From Podarcis liolepis (lineage: Eukaryota), in NCBI GenBank assembly GCA_965112155.1, contig OZ218098.1: DNA of 64,000 bases. One strand, given 5' to 3'. The notes under the pieces are model-generated. The model was not told the origin of the DNA. It did no database searches and saw only the letters and a list, made by a program, of their open reading frames with translations. Position 1 is the first letter of the stretch. The number at the start of each line of letters is the position of its first letter. The position numbers were made by a program, and so were the translations under genes. Of this stretch, positions 40,971-54,757 are shown in pieces.

Positions 40971-41229
40971 CCGTATTTTGCGCTCTATAAGACGCACCAG
41001 ACCACAAGACGCGCCTAGTTTTTGGAGAAGGAAAACAAGAAAAAAAATATTCTGAATTTCAGAAGTCAGAACAACAAGAGGGATCGCTGGGCAGTGAAAG
41101 CAGCAATCCCTCTTGCTGTTCTGGCTTCTGGGATAGCTGTGCAGCCTGCATTCGCTCCATAAGACGCACACACATTTCCCCTTACTTTTTAGGAGGGAAA
41201 AAGTGAGTCTTATAGAGCAAAAAATACAG
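40971..41229. mobile_element. pogo/Tigger-like MITE
   Basis: Inverted repeats CCGTATTTTGCGCTCTATAAGAC / GTCTTATAGAGCAAAAAATACAG, TA flanks. Confidence 0.85.
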
Positions 41230-41806
41230 TATGTCTTGTTCCATTCTAGGGCTTTTGTGAGTCTTCAGAAGAACATTTCAAAGCTGTAGGAGAGCCACCG
41301 AGACCATATATCTGTTCTATCCATCTATCTTGATCTGGCAGACAGATGATGTACTAAAGTGTTCTTTCATACCATAAAGGTCAAGGTGGGATGAAGGTGG
41401 TCTTGTAGCATGCTTGATACAAGCTAATGGATATCAGCAGCACCTATAGATACATAGCTATATTATAGACACCAGGAAGGTCCTTCAGACTCTCACTCTC
41501 TTATTCTCTGCTCCCATCACATGTTCTGATTCCCTACTGAGCTTCCTGGTAAATTTACAGATCTTGTTTTGTAGCAACATAAGGTTTAGAGTGTTCAGGA
41601 GGCACGGAAGAGAATTGGAGTATCCACGCATAAAGAGCACATTCCTGATAATTAAACCATGGCTGCATCTACATAGCTATAAAAAACACTCTGAAAATGC
41701 TCTGACAAAAAAAAAGTAAAGCTCACAATGAAAAATTTCATAGTTCTGATTTCAGCTCTACAGTGCCATCTGGGGCGCAAGTGTTATAACACATTTATAA
41801 CGTGTA

Positions 41807-42068
41807 CAGTCATACCTTAGTTTAAAGTAGCTTCAGGATGAATATTTTCGGGTTGCACTCCGCGGCGATCTGGAAGTAATGGAGCGTGTTACTTCCGGGT
41901 TTCGCCACTCGCGCATGCGCAGACGCTCAAAATGACGTCACGTGCATGCACGGAAGCGGTGAAACGCGACACACACAGATGCGCAGACACGCAGTCGCAT
42001 CTTACGTTTACTTCAGGATGCGAACGGGGCTCCGGAACGGATCCCGTTCGTATCCAGAGGTACCACTG
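41807..42068. mobile_element. Tc1/mariner-type MITE
   Basis: TA-CAGTCATACCT ... AGGTACCACTG-TA; CpG-rich interior. Confidence 0.8.
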
Positions 42069-42109
42069 TATGTGTTTTACTAATGTAGCTGAATCCCATG
42101 GTTTGGGCC

Positions 42110-42112
<3 letters not shown>

Positions 42113-42142
<30 letters not shown>
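42113..42142. repeat. (CA)n microsatellite
   Basis: Read directly. Confidence 0.95.
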
Positions 42143-42144
<2 letters not shown>

Positions 42145-44049
42145 TGCGGTATTATAATAACTGTTCATATCAGTTGGCTTAAAAGAAATACATTTGTTTT
42201 TCACTTTAAAGTGAAATCTGTGCTGTTTTGTACCATAGCTTATCCATAGCTACTTGTGGGTAAACTGATATATTATTGATTTGGATTTTATACATGGTGA
42301 CAGCAGTAAAAGGGTTAGAGAAATTAATAAAAGGTTTCAGCTTAAAGTAAAGAAAACATCTAAGGTATGTGAGACCACCTCCTTCAAAATAGGTAAATAA
42401 TTTTGGAGGTGCAAGGTGGTTTGCCACAGCCACCATCTGTATACACACATACCACCCTTCCTCCTAGAAAACCCCAGGGGCAGCAAACAAATGATACAAC
42501 AATAAAAACATTTAAAACAATTAAGATCCTTTGAGGAGTCCTGCTTTGGACCAATATATTTGGGGAACTGGCAAGCACTGCATCGGTCATTCTTACTGTG
42601 CAGTCAACAGCAGTAATTCATCTAACTGATTAATCAACTAAACATTTGACTGGTAACCATGTCTTTCTTTTCTCCTTCATTTGCATATTATATATTTGGC
42701 AGCGAAAGCTCAGGATTTTTTTTTAAACCGCTGAATTTCCACATCGTGTACTTTTAATTTGACTTGCCAAAGAGCTTTGTTTCAGGAGTAATATAGACGT
42801 CCTGCCCTGCAGGTAACAACAATAGTTTTAAAATAGGAAAGCAACTGGCTGCTTGTTTTTCTTTTCTGCTGTCTTTAAAAATGTCATTTGCGGTCTTTAG
42901 TTAACACCTGCCAGCCAAAGGAAACTGGGAGTGTAACCTACAAGCAACATGAAGTCCACGAGGGACTTCTTTGCTGTTACCTTGGAAGGTCAACTTGGGA
43001 TTGCTACAGACACGGAAGAAAAGCAGAAATATACCCAGGGAAGAAAGACGACAAAAAATGCCTCTTTGGTTGAGAATTAAACAAGGAAGTCCTGTTTTCA
43101 GAGGGCATTGCTTTTTTCTTTTAAAATGTTGGATCAAAAAGTATTTAAGGATCAAACTGCATATGCAGTTAGGATACAGTTCAGTAGAAAATGCAGTTAT
43201 TTTTAGCAAACATTTAAAAACAAACCAACAAACAAACCTGGAGCCAAAATTTGTGGTAAGGACCCCTTGCAAACTTTATCCCCCTCTCAAAAAAATGGGG
43301 GAGGTAATCACACAGCTGAAAGAGGGTAGCCTCTTTAAATCACATGAACATGCCTCAGTGTCCTTCACAGGTTCCTGAATAGACTCTTGCTACTTTCCAT
43401 CTCTGCTTTTCGCACAGACTAGTTTGTCAGCAATCCTGCAGGGAGGTCTTGCTGACTCATTACCAGATTATGTGCCAGCAAAGCAGGTGAAGCCTCATCC
43501 CTCTGGGATGCTGACAAACATTGCAGGTGCATATGCCACTGCTTCTGAAGGAGATTCTTGTTACAGCAGCCATATCTCATCGCTATTATCAGAGGAGCTC
43601 CAATGTTTCCTCTTTATGCATGCATAAAAATGCCAACTACACACTGGTGGAAATCTAGAGCAGAGCTCTCTCACACTTGTTTCTCTCCCTTTTGTCCTTT
43701 GTCATCATTGTAGTTATTTTTGTTTTTGTTCTCACATGACTTCAGCTGAGAGGCAAGAAGGTCACTGCCTTCAGCTGTGTACAGCCATGTGCTGTTACGC
43801 AGAACAATTTAAGTAGACATTGCCTCCTCTCACAGCTAGGTAATTTAGGATGTGACCCAGCCCCATCTTCATGTTTAAAATACAAGATCACAGAAGCTTC
43901 CACACCTACAAAACCTGCTGGCCATCTTTTAACCTCCCAACTAGATTACTGCAAAGCACTTGACATCAGATTGGCTCTGAAGAGTTTGGAAGCTACAGCT
44001 GGTACAAAATGCAGTCTTCTGGATGTTGGTGGGGACCCAAAAAACCTGA

Positions 44050-44910
44050 ACACATCAAATTTGTGCCTGTAGCACTGGCTACTAGTAGGATTTCTGGCCC
44101 AATTCATAGTGCTGGTCTTAATATTAAGATGATTATGGAGCTGTCCCAACATGTCACCAGCCCATCACACACAGTAGGCATATGGACCTTGTTTTCTCAA
44201 GTAAGCAGGATTATCCTCCATCTGAAAGTGGAGGATATTGATATCAGTCCCTTGTTGTGGTTAGATCACTTCCTGGCAGGATCTATTAGGATGGTCCACC
44301 CTCGGAGGCTGATGGAAGCAATGGGTTTCCAGATGGCTCTGGTGGATTTTCTAGGTGATATGACTGGCACTCCTGTCAAAGCCCTGGCCAACTTCTGGAA
44401 CATCCAAATAGCACGGGCCATTGACATTATCACTCCTGAGGGGCCTCTTCTGCTTCATGGAGCCCATTTGACTCTCTGGTATACTCCAGAGTTTAGGGTG
44501 ATAAGCTGGGAGACGGCTCAAATGCGAATGGATGAAAACTCCAGTCGAATGCAATCAAACACAGGAGAGGACTGATAAGCATACCTAGTGGCAGTGAAAG
44601 CAGCAAAGAAGGCATACTTTGCTGCCTCCACAGCATCCTCATTGTGCCATCCAGCAGAGCTATTCTGGGTAGTGTGGGGCTATTTACAGTCTGGCCCAAA
44701 GGAGCTGATAGAACCAACAGTAAAATCGCTTGCATCTATCTGCCTGGACCTTGGCTCCACTGTTAACAGCAGATGAAACTCGAGAGGTGTCCAGAGCACT
44801 CTCTAGTCCTGTTATGTTGGATGAATTTCAGCTAGTAAGGCTCAAGGATGTAGACAAGATGCTTGGATCGGTCAGGCCAACCACTGTGCTCTGAACTCTT
44901 GCTCCTTTTG
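44050..44910 (+). mobile_element. Degraded L2 ORF2 fragment (region between endonuclease and RT)
   Basis: MVHPRRLM..GF..ALVDF..GTPVKALANFWN..ARAIDIITP...WYTPEFR and VKAAKKAYFAAS peptides. Confidence 0.7.
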
Positions 44911-45875
44911 GCTTTTTAAAAGAAAAGAAAATATTAAAAACACATTTATTCGAAAGGTACCCTTCAGCTTTGTCCACTGCCACAATACAACCTCTTTTGA
45001 TGTACTAACCAAACTTACCATCACCCTCAAAATCAGTAAATAAATATTGGTTCAAATGAGTTGGCAATCCAATAGGAAGCCTATGGAAAATCTTGGGGGC
45101 AGGAAAGGTCAGGTAATTGCCAAGCTCTTAATATTAATTTTTTTGTTGCATTGCATGTTAGGTAATGCATTCAATTTATGATTAATGTTCTCATTTTACT
45201 AGAAATGTAGAATTTAGCCAGAGGTCAAAACATAAATGTATGCTAAGCAAACCAGAGTTTCAGGGAGCTGTTGGCTAATGGCTGCAACTGGTTATGAACT
45301 CAATATGGTAGAAATAATCTTTTGTGACTGCAGAGACAATGTCGTTCTCCTGGGCTTAATCTGCTTTAGGCCTAGTCTGTATGTAGGGTTTAGGCATGGA
45401 ACTCTCCTCTTTTGTCATTTTGGGACTACATCAAGTATTTTTGCTGCTGCTGCCAGGCTAGTCAAGCATTAGCACAGACACACAAGGTAAGGTCAGAAAA
45501 TGAGGACATTCTTTGTTAGAAAACAGACCATATTGAAATGATACACAATTTAAAATCTTTCCTAAACTGCCTAATATTTAAAATATCTAAGCAGTGCCCC
45601 CTCAGACCACATGAAAATTGCTAAGGGTCTTGACAGACCACTTAATGATTTTTTTCTGCGTGCTGTAGCAATTGTAATGCACTGTGCTAGATGTTATATT
45701 TGCAGGAAAATGTTTTTATTAGTTTTCAAATTCTTATGGAACCACAGAGACAAGTAAACAATAACCAAAACTCAATAATATGGTGGGGTAGGGAGATGTA
45801 GCTCTCAATCTGAAACTATATGAAATAAAATCCTACCATGCTGAATAGAAATGATTCGAAACTTCTTGTTACTTA

Positions 45876-46185
45876 AGGTAAAGGTAAAGGTACCCCTGCC
45901 CGTACGGGCCAGACTTGACAGACTCTAGGGTTGTGTGCCCATCTCACTCAAGAGGCCGGGGGGCTGTCCGGAGACACTTCCGGGTCACGTGGCCAGCGTG
46001 ACATCGCTGCTCTGGCAAGCCAGAGCCGCACACGGAAACGCCGTTTACCTTCCCGCTAGTAAGCGGTCCCTATTTATCTACTTGCACCCGGGAGTGCTTT
46101 TGAACTGCTAGGTTGGCAGGCGCTGGGACCGAACAACGGGAGCGCACCCCGCAATGGGGATTCGAACTGCTGACCTTTCGATGGG
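45876..46185 (-). mobile_element. 5'-truncated Sauria-type SINE
   Basis: AAGGTAAAGGTAAAGGTACCCCTGCCCGTACGGGCC... homologous to 35600-35920. Confidence 0.88.
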
Positions 46186-46487
46186 TTCCTTAGAGACCCT
46201 TTAACTTATGTGTTATTTTTTCTGCAGTAGCTAAATTCTATATATACTGTATTGCACACATACACAATTGCAGTTTGTTCAGAAACATTGCTAAACTGCT
46301 TAATATTTAAAATTTATAAGCAGTGGACCCCCCTCCCCCCAATCACTTGAATAATGCTGGGTCCTGGCAGATTACTTAATGCTTTTTCTGCCTGTTTTAG
46401 CAATCATAATTCACTGTGTTTGATGTAGTATGATTTTTAATTGTATTTTTGCGGACAGGCAAAACCACCTGAATAAGGTTCAGACTA

Positions 46488-46716
46488 CAGTGGTACCTCA
46501 GGTTACATATGCTTCAGGTTACAGACTCCGCTAACCCAGAAATAGTGCTTCAGGTTAAGAACTTTGCTTCAGGATGAGAACAGAAATCGTGCTTCGGCAG
46601 CGAGGCGGCAGCAGTGGGAGGCCCCATTAGCTAAAGTGGTGCTTCAGGTTAAGAACAGTTTCAGGTTAAGAACGGACCTCCGGAACGAATTAAGTACTTA
46701 ACCCAAGGTACCACTG
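46488..46716. mobile_element. Tc1/mariner MITE, same family as 33145-33386 in opposite orientation
   Basis: Inverted repeats CAGTGGTACCT / AGGTACCACTG, TA flanks. Confidence 0.9.
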
Positions 46717-49700
46717 TACTGTTTGGAACCCCTGGCCTAGGCAAAAATATACATCTTTTAAAAGAAGTCTGAAGCAGCTGATGAATGATACTTCGCATCT
46801 GGCCAAGGGAGAGGCATTCCATACTTTTCATTTACCTTTGATCATATAAGAAAAAGGGTTCTGAGATACCAAAATACGACACATAACCCAGGAGTGACAA
46901 CATTTAGAGGGCAGCAACATGAATACTAATATTGAAACGAACACTTGTTAATGTTTGCAGTGTTACAGGTAGCATGACACGTTCTCAGTGCAAGAGACTC
47001 AAGTCATAACCACATGCCGAGACAAATATATCATTGGCCATAAGCCAAATGTTTTCTACTACTGGCTTCGTGCTAAATACTTAATGCTTTTCTGCTAGGT
47101 GCCTGAAGAAAAAGATGGTGGTGGTGGGGAAGGCATGAAAAACTGAAACACTAACAATATATGCTGCTTATAATTAAGCTAGGAAAGCTCATTTCACTTT
47201 TTATATTAATATGCTGATTTATAAACACACATTATCTAATATAGGAGCTGCATTCACAGAGACATTCATGAGTCTTCAATCAGCCTCTTCATTCCCTTTC
47301 CTCCTCCTCTTTTATTCCACTGAAATGAATACTTCAGTGGAGAGATCCAATGAATAGTAGGAAATAAAAACATGATTGGAATGCAATAATCATTTCTTTA
47401 TCACAGCAGAAACCATCTAGAATTACAAACAATCCGGCATTAGCAAAATAACTCGTTATATCATTGCAAAAAGACTCAAAAGATAACATGGTGATAATTG
47501 GGTTTTTAAAAATGGAAGTATTTAAAAGCTCACTGGAAACAAATCTCTTGTTTTGGCAACCTCTGTGGACAGTCAATGGCAATGTTGCCTTTCACATTTG
47601 GTTTAGACAAAGGGGCTATTACTGCTACAGAGCAGGTGCAAATTTATTTTGAAAAATCCATAGGGAAGTCCATGTTTCTGAATGCTTTGATGTATGATTT
47701 ATGATCAGCAATTATAATGCAGAGCCAATCATTTAACGGCAAGCTAGCTTATGTTTATGAAAAAATAATGACTTTCTTGCTATCACTCTCAGCTGAAGAA
47801 TGATTGTTATAAATCAGTATGGTATTGATGAGTCACCATTCTAAGAGTATTACTTTAATAATATACATTTTTTCCTTCATGTTCTGCCACAAAGATAAAT
47901 TATATTTCAAAGATATACAAATGGGTGGAATCATTGGTGCACAGCAAGGCTGCAGTGGTCTGTATATACAAAACAGAACAGCAAACAACATATCCAATTG
48001 CCTAGAAAACTAGAGGGGAAAGGTTTTTAAGCCGGTTTTAGTATGATCAGGTGGTCAAATGAACCATCAGAACATGGTTAAGCAACATAAGACAAATTTC
48101 AGCAAAAAAGGAAAGGCACTGGGAGATCACAAACTGTGATCCCATAGCATGTTTATGGTTGCTAAATACTGGCTAGTGTGTATTTACTGTGGAGGAGTAT
48201 GTATCTGTCGCAGTTCCACAGAAGTATCCTTGGGAATGTTCCTCTGAAAAACACAATCTTCCAAATATGAACAAATATTTTGTAAGTGAATTTTTGTTAT
48301 GCAATTTTATCTTTTCTGTATATGATTTAGCACTTTTACATCTCCACCTTTTATAGTTTCATTTGCCTTGAATGCTCATGGTTTACAAAGGGGGTCCACC
48401 AATTTCTTTTTTATTTTTTACCATAATTCAGGACCCCATGAATTATGGCCCATTGGTTCAAGCTTCTATCCTGAAATGAAGCCACATATTGGGACAGAGA
48501 AAGTCAAGAGCCATTGTTCCAGGAATGAATAGTTCTTCCTGAGTGAGGACAAATGTTGCCATCATTCATGAGAATATATGCAAATGAAGAAAACACAAAA
48601 CGGTTTAAATGAAACCTTTTATTAAACACAGGAGAAATTAATTCTGAAGTCTCCTCAAATACTTTGATAATTCTCTAGTGTTTATGTAATTCGTCAATCT
48701 GAAAACTGAAAGCTAATTAAAATAAATTATATTCCTTATTTCAATTTTCTTATACTGTACACAAATCCATTTGATAATTGTTCATGTAATAGAAGAATCA
48801 TCAGGATCCATCACTGATTTATTTCATCTTACTTCACAAGTACTATCTGCCTAACCTATGTAGTGGTGCTTACAATGTTACCATTGTTACACCCCTCCAA
48901 ATTTACCTGATGGAAGCTGTTCTTATATAAACTAGGAAGAAAAGCACTTCGACTCTGAGCTCAGTGAGGCGGGAAAAAAATTCCCATGTAAGAGCATATG
49001 TGTAGAAAGTGTGCTTTATGATGCTTTGGCAGCCAGCTTCTGCACAAAAGTACAATATTATTTTGAGATGATTTAGTGTGTCAACTAGGTGGAAGGGAAA
49101 GAGCCTTGACCATGCTGAAGTAGCATGTATGTGGATCTTACTCCAAAAATAAAAGCTGTCTTCCTTCAAATTTATATCCTGAGGAAGTAATATGTAGAGG
49201 AAACTCATTGTCATTTGAAAATGGAGGGAGTGCATGATGTGAGCTTCTCTGAAAAAACAAATTTGGTCTATAGCCAAATCTGACCGAAGTCCTTTCATGT
49301 ACTGAGAAGTATGACTATTGGAGGCTGAATGCTCCTTAAAACAAGAACATTTATGCTTTATCTAGACACAGGATAATAAGCATGCAGTATAATTCTGGCT
49401 TAACACACAACGTTAAGCTAGAACAGACAACTGCTAAACAGAGAGACACACATCATTTATGCTCAGCAGAGCAGTATGCGATCTAAAAGTAATTACCAAT
49501 GTGAACTGATGTCTAGAAGCACTCTTACATTTCTGAGCATATACATTAATTCTCTCTCTTGACAGCAGGGTAATTGGCAATCGGAATACAATGAAATAAT
49601 TAATAATAAAACAACCAGCACAAGATAGTCCAAAGCCATCAATGAGAGGTGCAGCAGTAAACAGACAATATATCCTAAAGCTGTTGGTTTATCTAATTCC

Positions 49701-49858
49701 CAGGAGTGTTAAGAAGACTATTACAGTTGCTTTATTATAAAGAAGTAATTTGAAAAAGTGCCTACAAATATACTTTTAGAAAACACTTTAGAGCTAAATG
49801 AATTTAAGTATTGAATTTTTGCACTTGTTTTAATCATGTACTTTTGTCATACTATGTA

Positions 49859-50088
49859 CAGTCAAACCTCGGATCCCAAACACCTCCATTTTGGAACGTT
49901 TTGGCTCCCGAACGCCAAAAATCCGTAAGTAAATGCTCCGGTTTTCAGAAGCCGATTGCTCAAGGCGGCTTCCGCTTGAGTGCAGCAAGCTCCTGCAACC
50001 AATCAGAAGCTGTGCCTCAGTTGTTGAACATTTCGGAAGCTGAACAGGCTTCCAGAATGTATTACATTCGACAACCGAGGTTTGACTG
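49859..50088. mobile_element. Tc1/mariner-type MITE just downstream of the COA8 polyA signal
   Basis: Inverted repeats CAGTCAAACCTCGG / CCGAGGTTTGACTG, TA flanks. Confidence 0.88.
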
Positions 50089-50468
50089 TATAATTTAATC
50101 CCCCCATCCTGCCCAAGTTCACCTGAAGTGTAGCTCACATGCTTTCCTTTTTCTTACTACAAAATAGTTGCTCTGGAACGTAAGTGCCAGCTTGTAGATC
50201 AAGATGGCAATGAAATAATGGAGCATACAAACATATTTTTCAGATCAGGAAGAAAGATTCCTTTATTTGGTGCAGTTCATCTCTCACCAAGGATGCTTTT
50301 AACTACGGTTCTGTAGCATAAACAATGGTAGTTGAAGTAGAATGGGAAGTGCTGTTCAACTTGCATTCATGTAGCTTCAAATATCTGATTTTAAGAAACA
50401 GCCACGGTTGCCACTTGATTCCAGTAATAATTAGGCCTTTCATCAAATATATACAGCACTGTGACCTA

Positions 50469-50574
50469 CTAGCTTTCAGCTTCACTCTTTTTCAATCCAA
50501 ATCTCTTGCAAGCTTTCTCAAATGCCACTTGTCCCATGAGAAATGTGATGGTAAAATTTCGTTTATACCAATCT
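50469..50574 (-). CDS. COA8: COA8 exon 5 (DWYKRNFTITFLMGQVAFEKACKRFGLKKSEAES*)
   Basis: DWYKRNF motif; acceptor TTTAG; stop TAG; AATAAA at 50267-50262. Confidence 0.94.
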
Positions 50575-51542
50575 CTAAATTTCAGAACCAAGGAAACAAA
50601 GCAACATAAAACACAATTAGCCATCTTGAAATTATTACTGACAGTAAAAGATGTAAGATTTTGAGTTGACTTAATCGGTGCTTTTTCTTTCCTTGCCAAT
50701 TAAAGCAAAATTACTTTAAGTTTTTAAAGTGCTTATTCAGATGCCCTACTTCATAATCCATGTGTGATAATGCATGGCTCCAGGCAAGTATCTACATATT
50801 GCAGATAGACTTTTAAAGAAACTTGATGACTAATTATATCTGTAGTTACATAAGCTATAATAATGTGATACCAATGCAGTGCGGAAAGAATTAGCTTAAG
50901 GGACATCCCAGTTATTTCTGTTTAAAGGATTATTGTACACTTATGTGTAAAAACTAAACCAAAAAATATTTATCAAAGACTTGACCCAGTATATCAAAAC
51001 CATTGACCTAAGTAAACACCAGGATAGATGAATATCTTTTTAATGACGGAATAAACATTTATAATGAAGTGAATCTATGCACATCTACTCAGTAGTAAGT
51101 ACCATTAAGTTCAATGGTACTTGCTCCCAGGGAAGTGAGTATAAGTCTGCAGACTAATATTGTGTTAAAATTCCTTAGAAAGTTGCTTGGTTACGTGATT
51201 AACATTCAATGTTATTCCCCTCCTTCCCAGATTCCTTTCTTTGTATGCATATTTGTTTTATTAAATTGTGAATTTGTAGAGAGGATTATGCATTATAAAT
51301 TGCTGTATGATGCCTAGCATAACAGTAGGAAAAGCATAAATAATTAATTATGGTAAAGCAAAGATTCTGACTCTTAATGGAATAGCAAAATGCGGAATCA
51401 GGTGGCAGCAAAGAAACAAGATCTGTGTGGTTCAGAAAAGGTTTTGCTAAAAAAAGTGGTTTTAAAGGCAGACATGAACAAGAAAGATAGAACTGCCTAC
51501 ACAGATAAAGAGACACAATTGTTCCAGGAATCATATTCTCAC

Positions 51543-51633
51543 CTGTTATAATAGAAATGTTTTTTAAAGTTTTTACTTAAAAAGGCTTTGTAAAATTCAG
51601 CCATTTCTTCTGCAGACAATGTTATTTTCTGGC
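51543..51633 (-). CDS. COA8: COA8 exon 4 ([29 protein letters not shown]), ends in phase 2
   Basis: 91 nt; AEEMA.FYK.FL..N motif; donor AG|GTGAGA. Confidence 0.94.
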
Positions 51634-52175
51634 CTGAAATAAAAAAAATCACAATACCTAAGTCAGAATGTTTTAATCATCATACCAGTACAAACATTTA
51701 AACATAAATCCCTTGCAAAAACTGAACTTGACTTTTCAAACACTCAGACTGTAGTCTAAAGTTTTGCTATGGATTTCATTTATCTTCCATAAATCACAAA
51801 CTCTTAGCTTCCTTTCCTATATGTAATCAATGAATAATAGTGACTTTTTTAATGGGATTTTTGAGAGTGCACTACTAAGGGCAGTAAAAAAAAAAATTCC
51901 TTCTTAGAAACTGAAGATTCATAGCACAACTTGGAATTCAGGTGTAACCTCTCTAGGCTTCTGCCATAAACTATAAGATTCTCATTACACTCTTCTCTGA
52001 GTTCTCTCTGTTTTGTAAATTAAGTGCCAAGGAGTAACATAACACCCTTATACTGAAAGACAAAGTTTGCTTAAGAAATAATTATTATTTCTGCTAGATT
52101 AGAACATTTTCTAAAATGTAAATCAGAATCCTCCCCATAAGAAAATGCTGTGAAATATAGAAACAACAATCTAAC

Positions 52176-52239
52176 CTTTTTCATCTCTCAGTTGTAGACC
52201 TTTGGATTTCAATTTGGAACAGACAAATTCTTCTTTTTC
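52176..52239 (-). CDS. COA8: COA8 exon 3 (EKEEFVCSKLKSKGLQLRDEK)
   Basis: 64 nt, AG/GT flanks, manual translation. Confidence 0.93.
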
Positions 52240-52814
52240 CTGTAACAGTATCAGGAAATTTTAGAATATAAGGTTTTTGGCATCTTAGTTTGCTTATTTC
52301 ACCTCAGCAATAACTGCTACCAAGTGTAGGACTTTTAATGATCCCTGATCCCACTCCATCAAATATATTAACTGGCTGACTAGACGATCTTCAGCAAACA
52401 ATTTATGGATTATTTTGCAAATAAGCAATCTGTAATGCAGGAAAATTACTGGGGTAACTTCTTACTAGCCTACTTATCTATTTGGTTGACCTGCAGGCTT
52501 GGGAAAGGGTCATACAGCAGTACATTCAGTTCTCTGTCCCTTCCATCTGTAACAGGAGAGGCTGAATTTGTTCCTGCAGGCAGTGATTCTTACCAGAGTG
52601 ACATCATAAAATATATTATTGGGGGCATTTATGTATTAAAAATTATTCTTCTGATTCTATTTTATTCTTAATAACTACGGGGTGCAAAGATCAGGCCTCA
52701 TACAATAAGGCAAGAGCAAAAAAATATGCTGGATGCCTCTCAGCAATTCTCCCCACAAACTTTTAAGGACTCCCAGCACCACCAAGTGGTTTTACACTTC
52801 CTCTGCATGCTTAC

Positions 52815-53012
52815 CTTTCTAAATGATATATTCTGGTCTGCCCAGAACTGTTGATTCCAAACCTGAGTTTCCTGTCTAAGCTCTCTAAGCCTTCGTTCCA
52901 GGGGGGATTCGTGTTTGGATATATAAAATATTACTGGTCGGAGGTTTGAACATCGATCAGGAGGACCAATCCAATCGTGGCAAGAGTGTGAAGGAGGGCA
53001 AAAACTTGCAGC
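52815..53012 (-). CDS. COA8: COA8 exon 2 ([66 protein letters not shown])
   Basis: 198 nt; DWIGPPD..SNLRP and WNQQFWA.QN family motifs; AG/GT flanks. Confidence 0.95.
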
Positions 53013-54664
53013 CTTAAAAAAAGAGAGGGTTTTTTAAAATAGTAGGTTTTTCTCCCCAAAGGCACCACAAACTTTTTCAATTTTATCTGAAAACCTAAGG
53101 TACCCAAGACACTAAAAGTTAAGAAGTGAGTATTAACAGGTCTACAGATCACATTTGTTCCAGTTCACATTGGGAGAAAAATCTATGATATCAAAGATAA
53201 TTTATATGGTCCATAACCATGTATTTCCTAGCCTATCTTTGTAGCCAAAAGGACTAAAAATGTGTTTAAAATCAACAAATTAAAGCAGAGGTACTCACAA
53301 TGATGATTTGCACCCAGCACCAATTTCTGCATTTGTGCAATACAGGATTCTAATAAACGGCATATGCATAGTAACTGAAGAACATAAACTGAAATTAAGC
53401 CTATGTTTTCAGTATCTCACTTGGTAGTAAATCCATTTTAAATGAATAGGCCTTACTTCCAAGTAAACTTGGCTAGGATCATCATGCAAGAATACTGTAT
53501 AATATCCACTGTGTCTACCTACTAAAACCTACAATCTGCCATGTTTTCTAAAAATAAAAAAAAAGAAAGACGATAAGTAACAGTATGTAACTACAGTATT
53601 CAAATCAGCATAGCCTGCCAGTTCTTTATCATTTTGGAATACAGCTCATATGTGTTGATAGTTCCCATCCCAATCAGACTTTGAGATACCATCATATGCA
53701 AGTATGTTAAAAGGATCACAGTAATAGCGTTCAGGCACCTGCCTTTATAAATTATTTTTAAAAGCAGAGACGGGAGGGGGGAGTGCTGCTACTCACACAT
53801 GCTCTGCCCACAGCAACCCAGAGCACATTGCTCCCAGCTGTGCGGAGTGTGTGTGTGTGTGTGTTTTTAACATACATTTGCTTGAACACAACGCAACATA
53901 CATTTATTTAAGTTCTACTTATGTTCAAGCAATTTCAAGCAGAAGTCCTCTGCAGACCTACCCTGTACAACACAGGGAAAGTAGGGAAATGAGGAGGGTG
54001 CAAATGTGTTGAGGATGCTGGGGGCTGGGTCTTGCTAACCCAGGCCTAAGATAAGCCCTTCTGGCTGTCTTGTCTGTGGGGATGTAGCCATCTCTGTAGT
54101 GGTGTCCTGACTATAGAATCCTCCCTACCTACAGATGCAGTCAACCTGTAAATTGATAGGCTTCTGGTGCCAAATTGAAATGCACTTATTCATCCAAACT
54201 TTTAGTGGTGCCAATTAGACAGGCCAAGGTTTTGGAATTTGGGGGATATTATGTCTGTTGATAAATTGTATCTGTATTTGATGCTAATTTTTGTCCTTAT
54301 GTTTTATTGTTAGTATGCATTTTTATCTGTATTTTACTTATTTGTTTGTGAACTGCCCAGGGATTCATTTGAATGATGGACTATTTAGAAGTGTGACGAA
54401 CTAAAACTGGGAAACGCTAAGTGCACAAGCAGCACTGGATTCAGCTAACAGTTATTTGTGCTTATTTTGTCTCATATAAATAAGACCAAAAAGTGGTTAC
54501 CACCCATCATCTGAAAGCCATTGATGGGATTTGCTGAGCTGCTCCTGTGATGTCATGGAATGCTCACAAACACGCTAACTGCTTTTTGAAGGAAACGGTG
54601 ACAGAATGTTAATAATAAAGTGGAAGAGTGAGTTGCCTGGGGAAATGGTTCAAGGGGCATCTAG

Positions 54665-54757
54665 CAGTGTTTCTCAAACTTGAGTTCCTAGCTGTTGTTG
54701 AACTATAATGGAGTTGTAGTTCAGCAACAGCTGGGCACCTATGTTTGAGAAACACTG
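54665..54757. mobile_element. Short palindromic MITE
   Basis: CAGTGTTTCTCAAAC ... GTTTGAGAAACACTG inverted repeat. Confidence 0.75.

Noticed and set aside
48903-49298. 131-aa minus-strand ORF ending at an AG|GTAAAT donor-like site
   Set aside because: No recognisable homology, promoter or partner exon; consistent with a chance ORF
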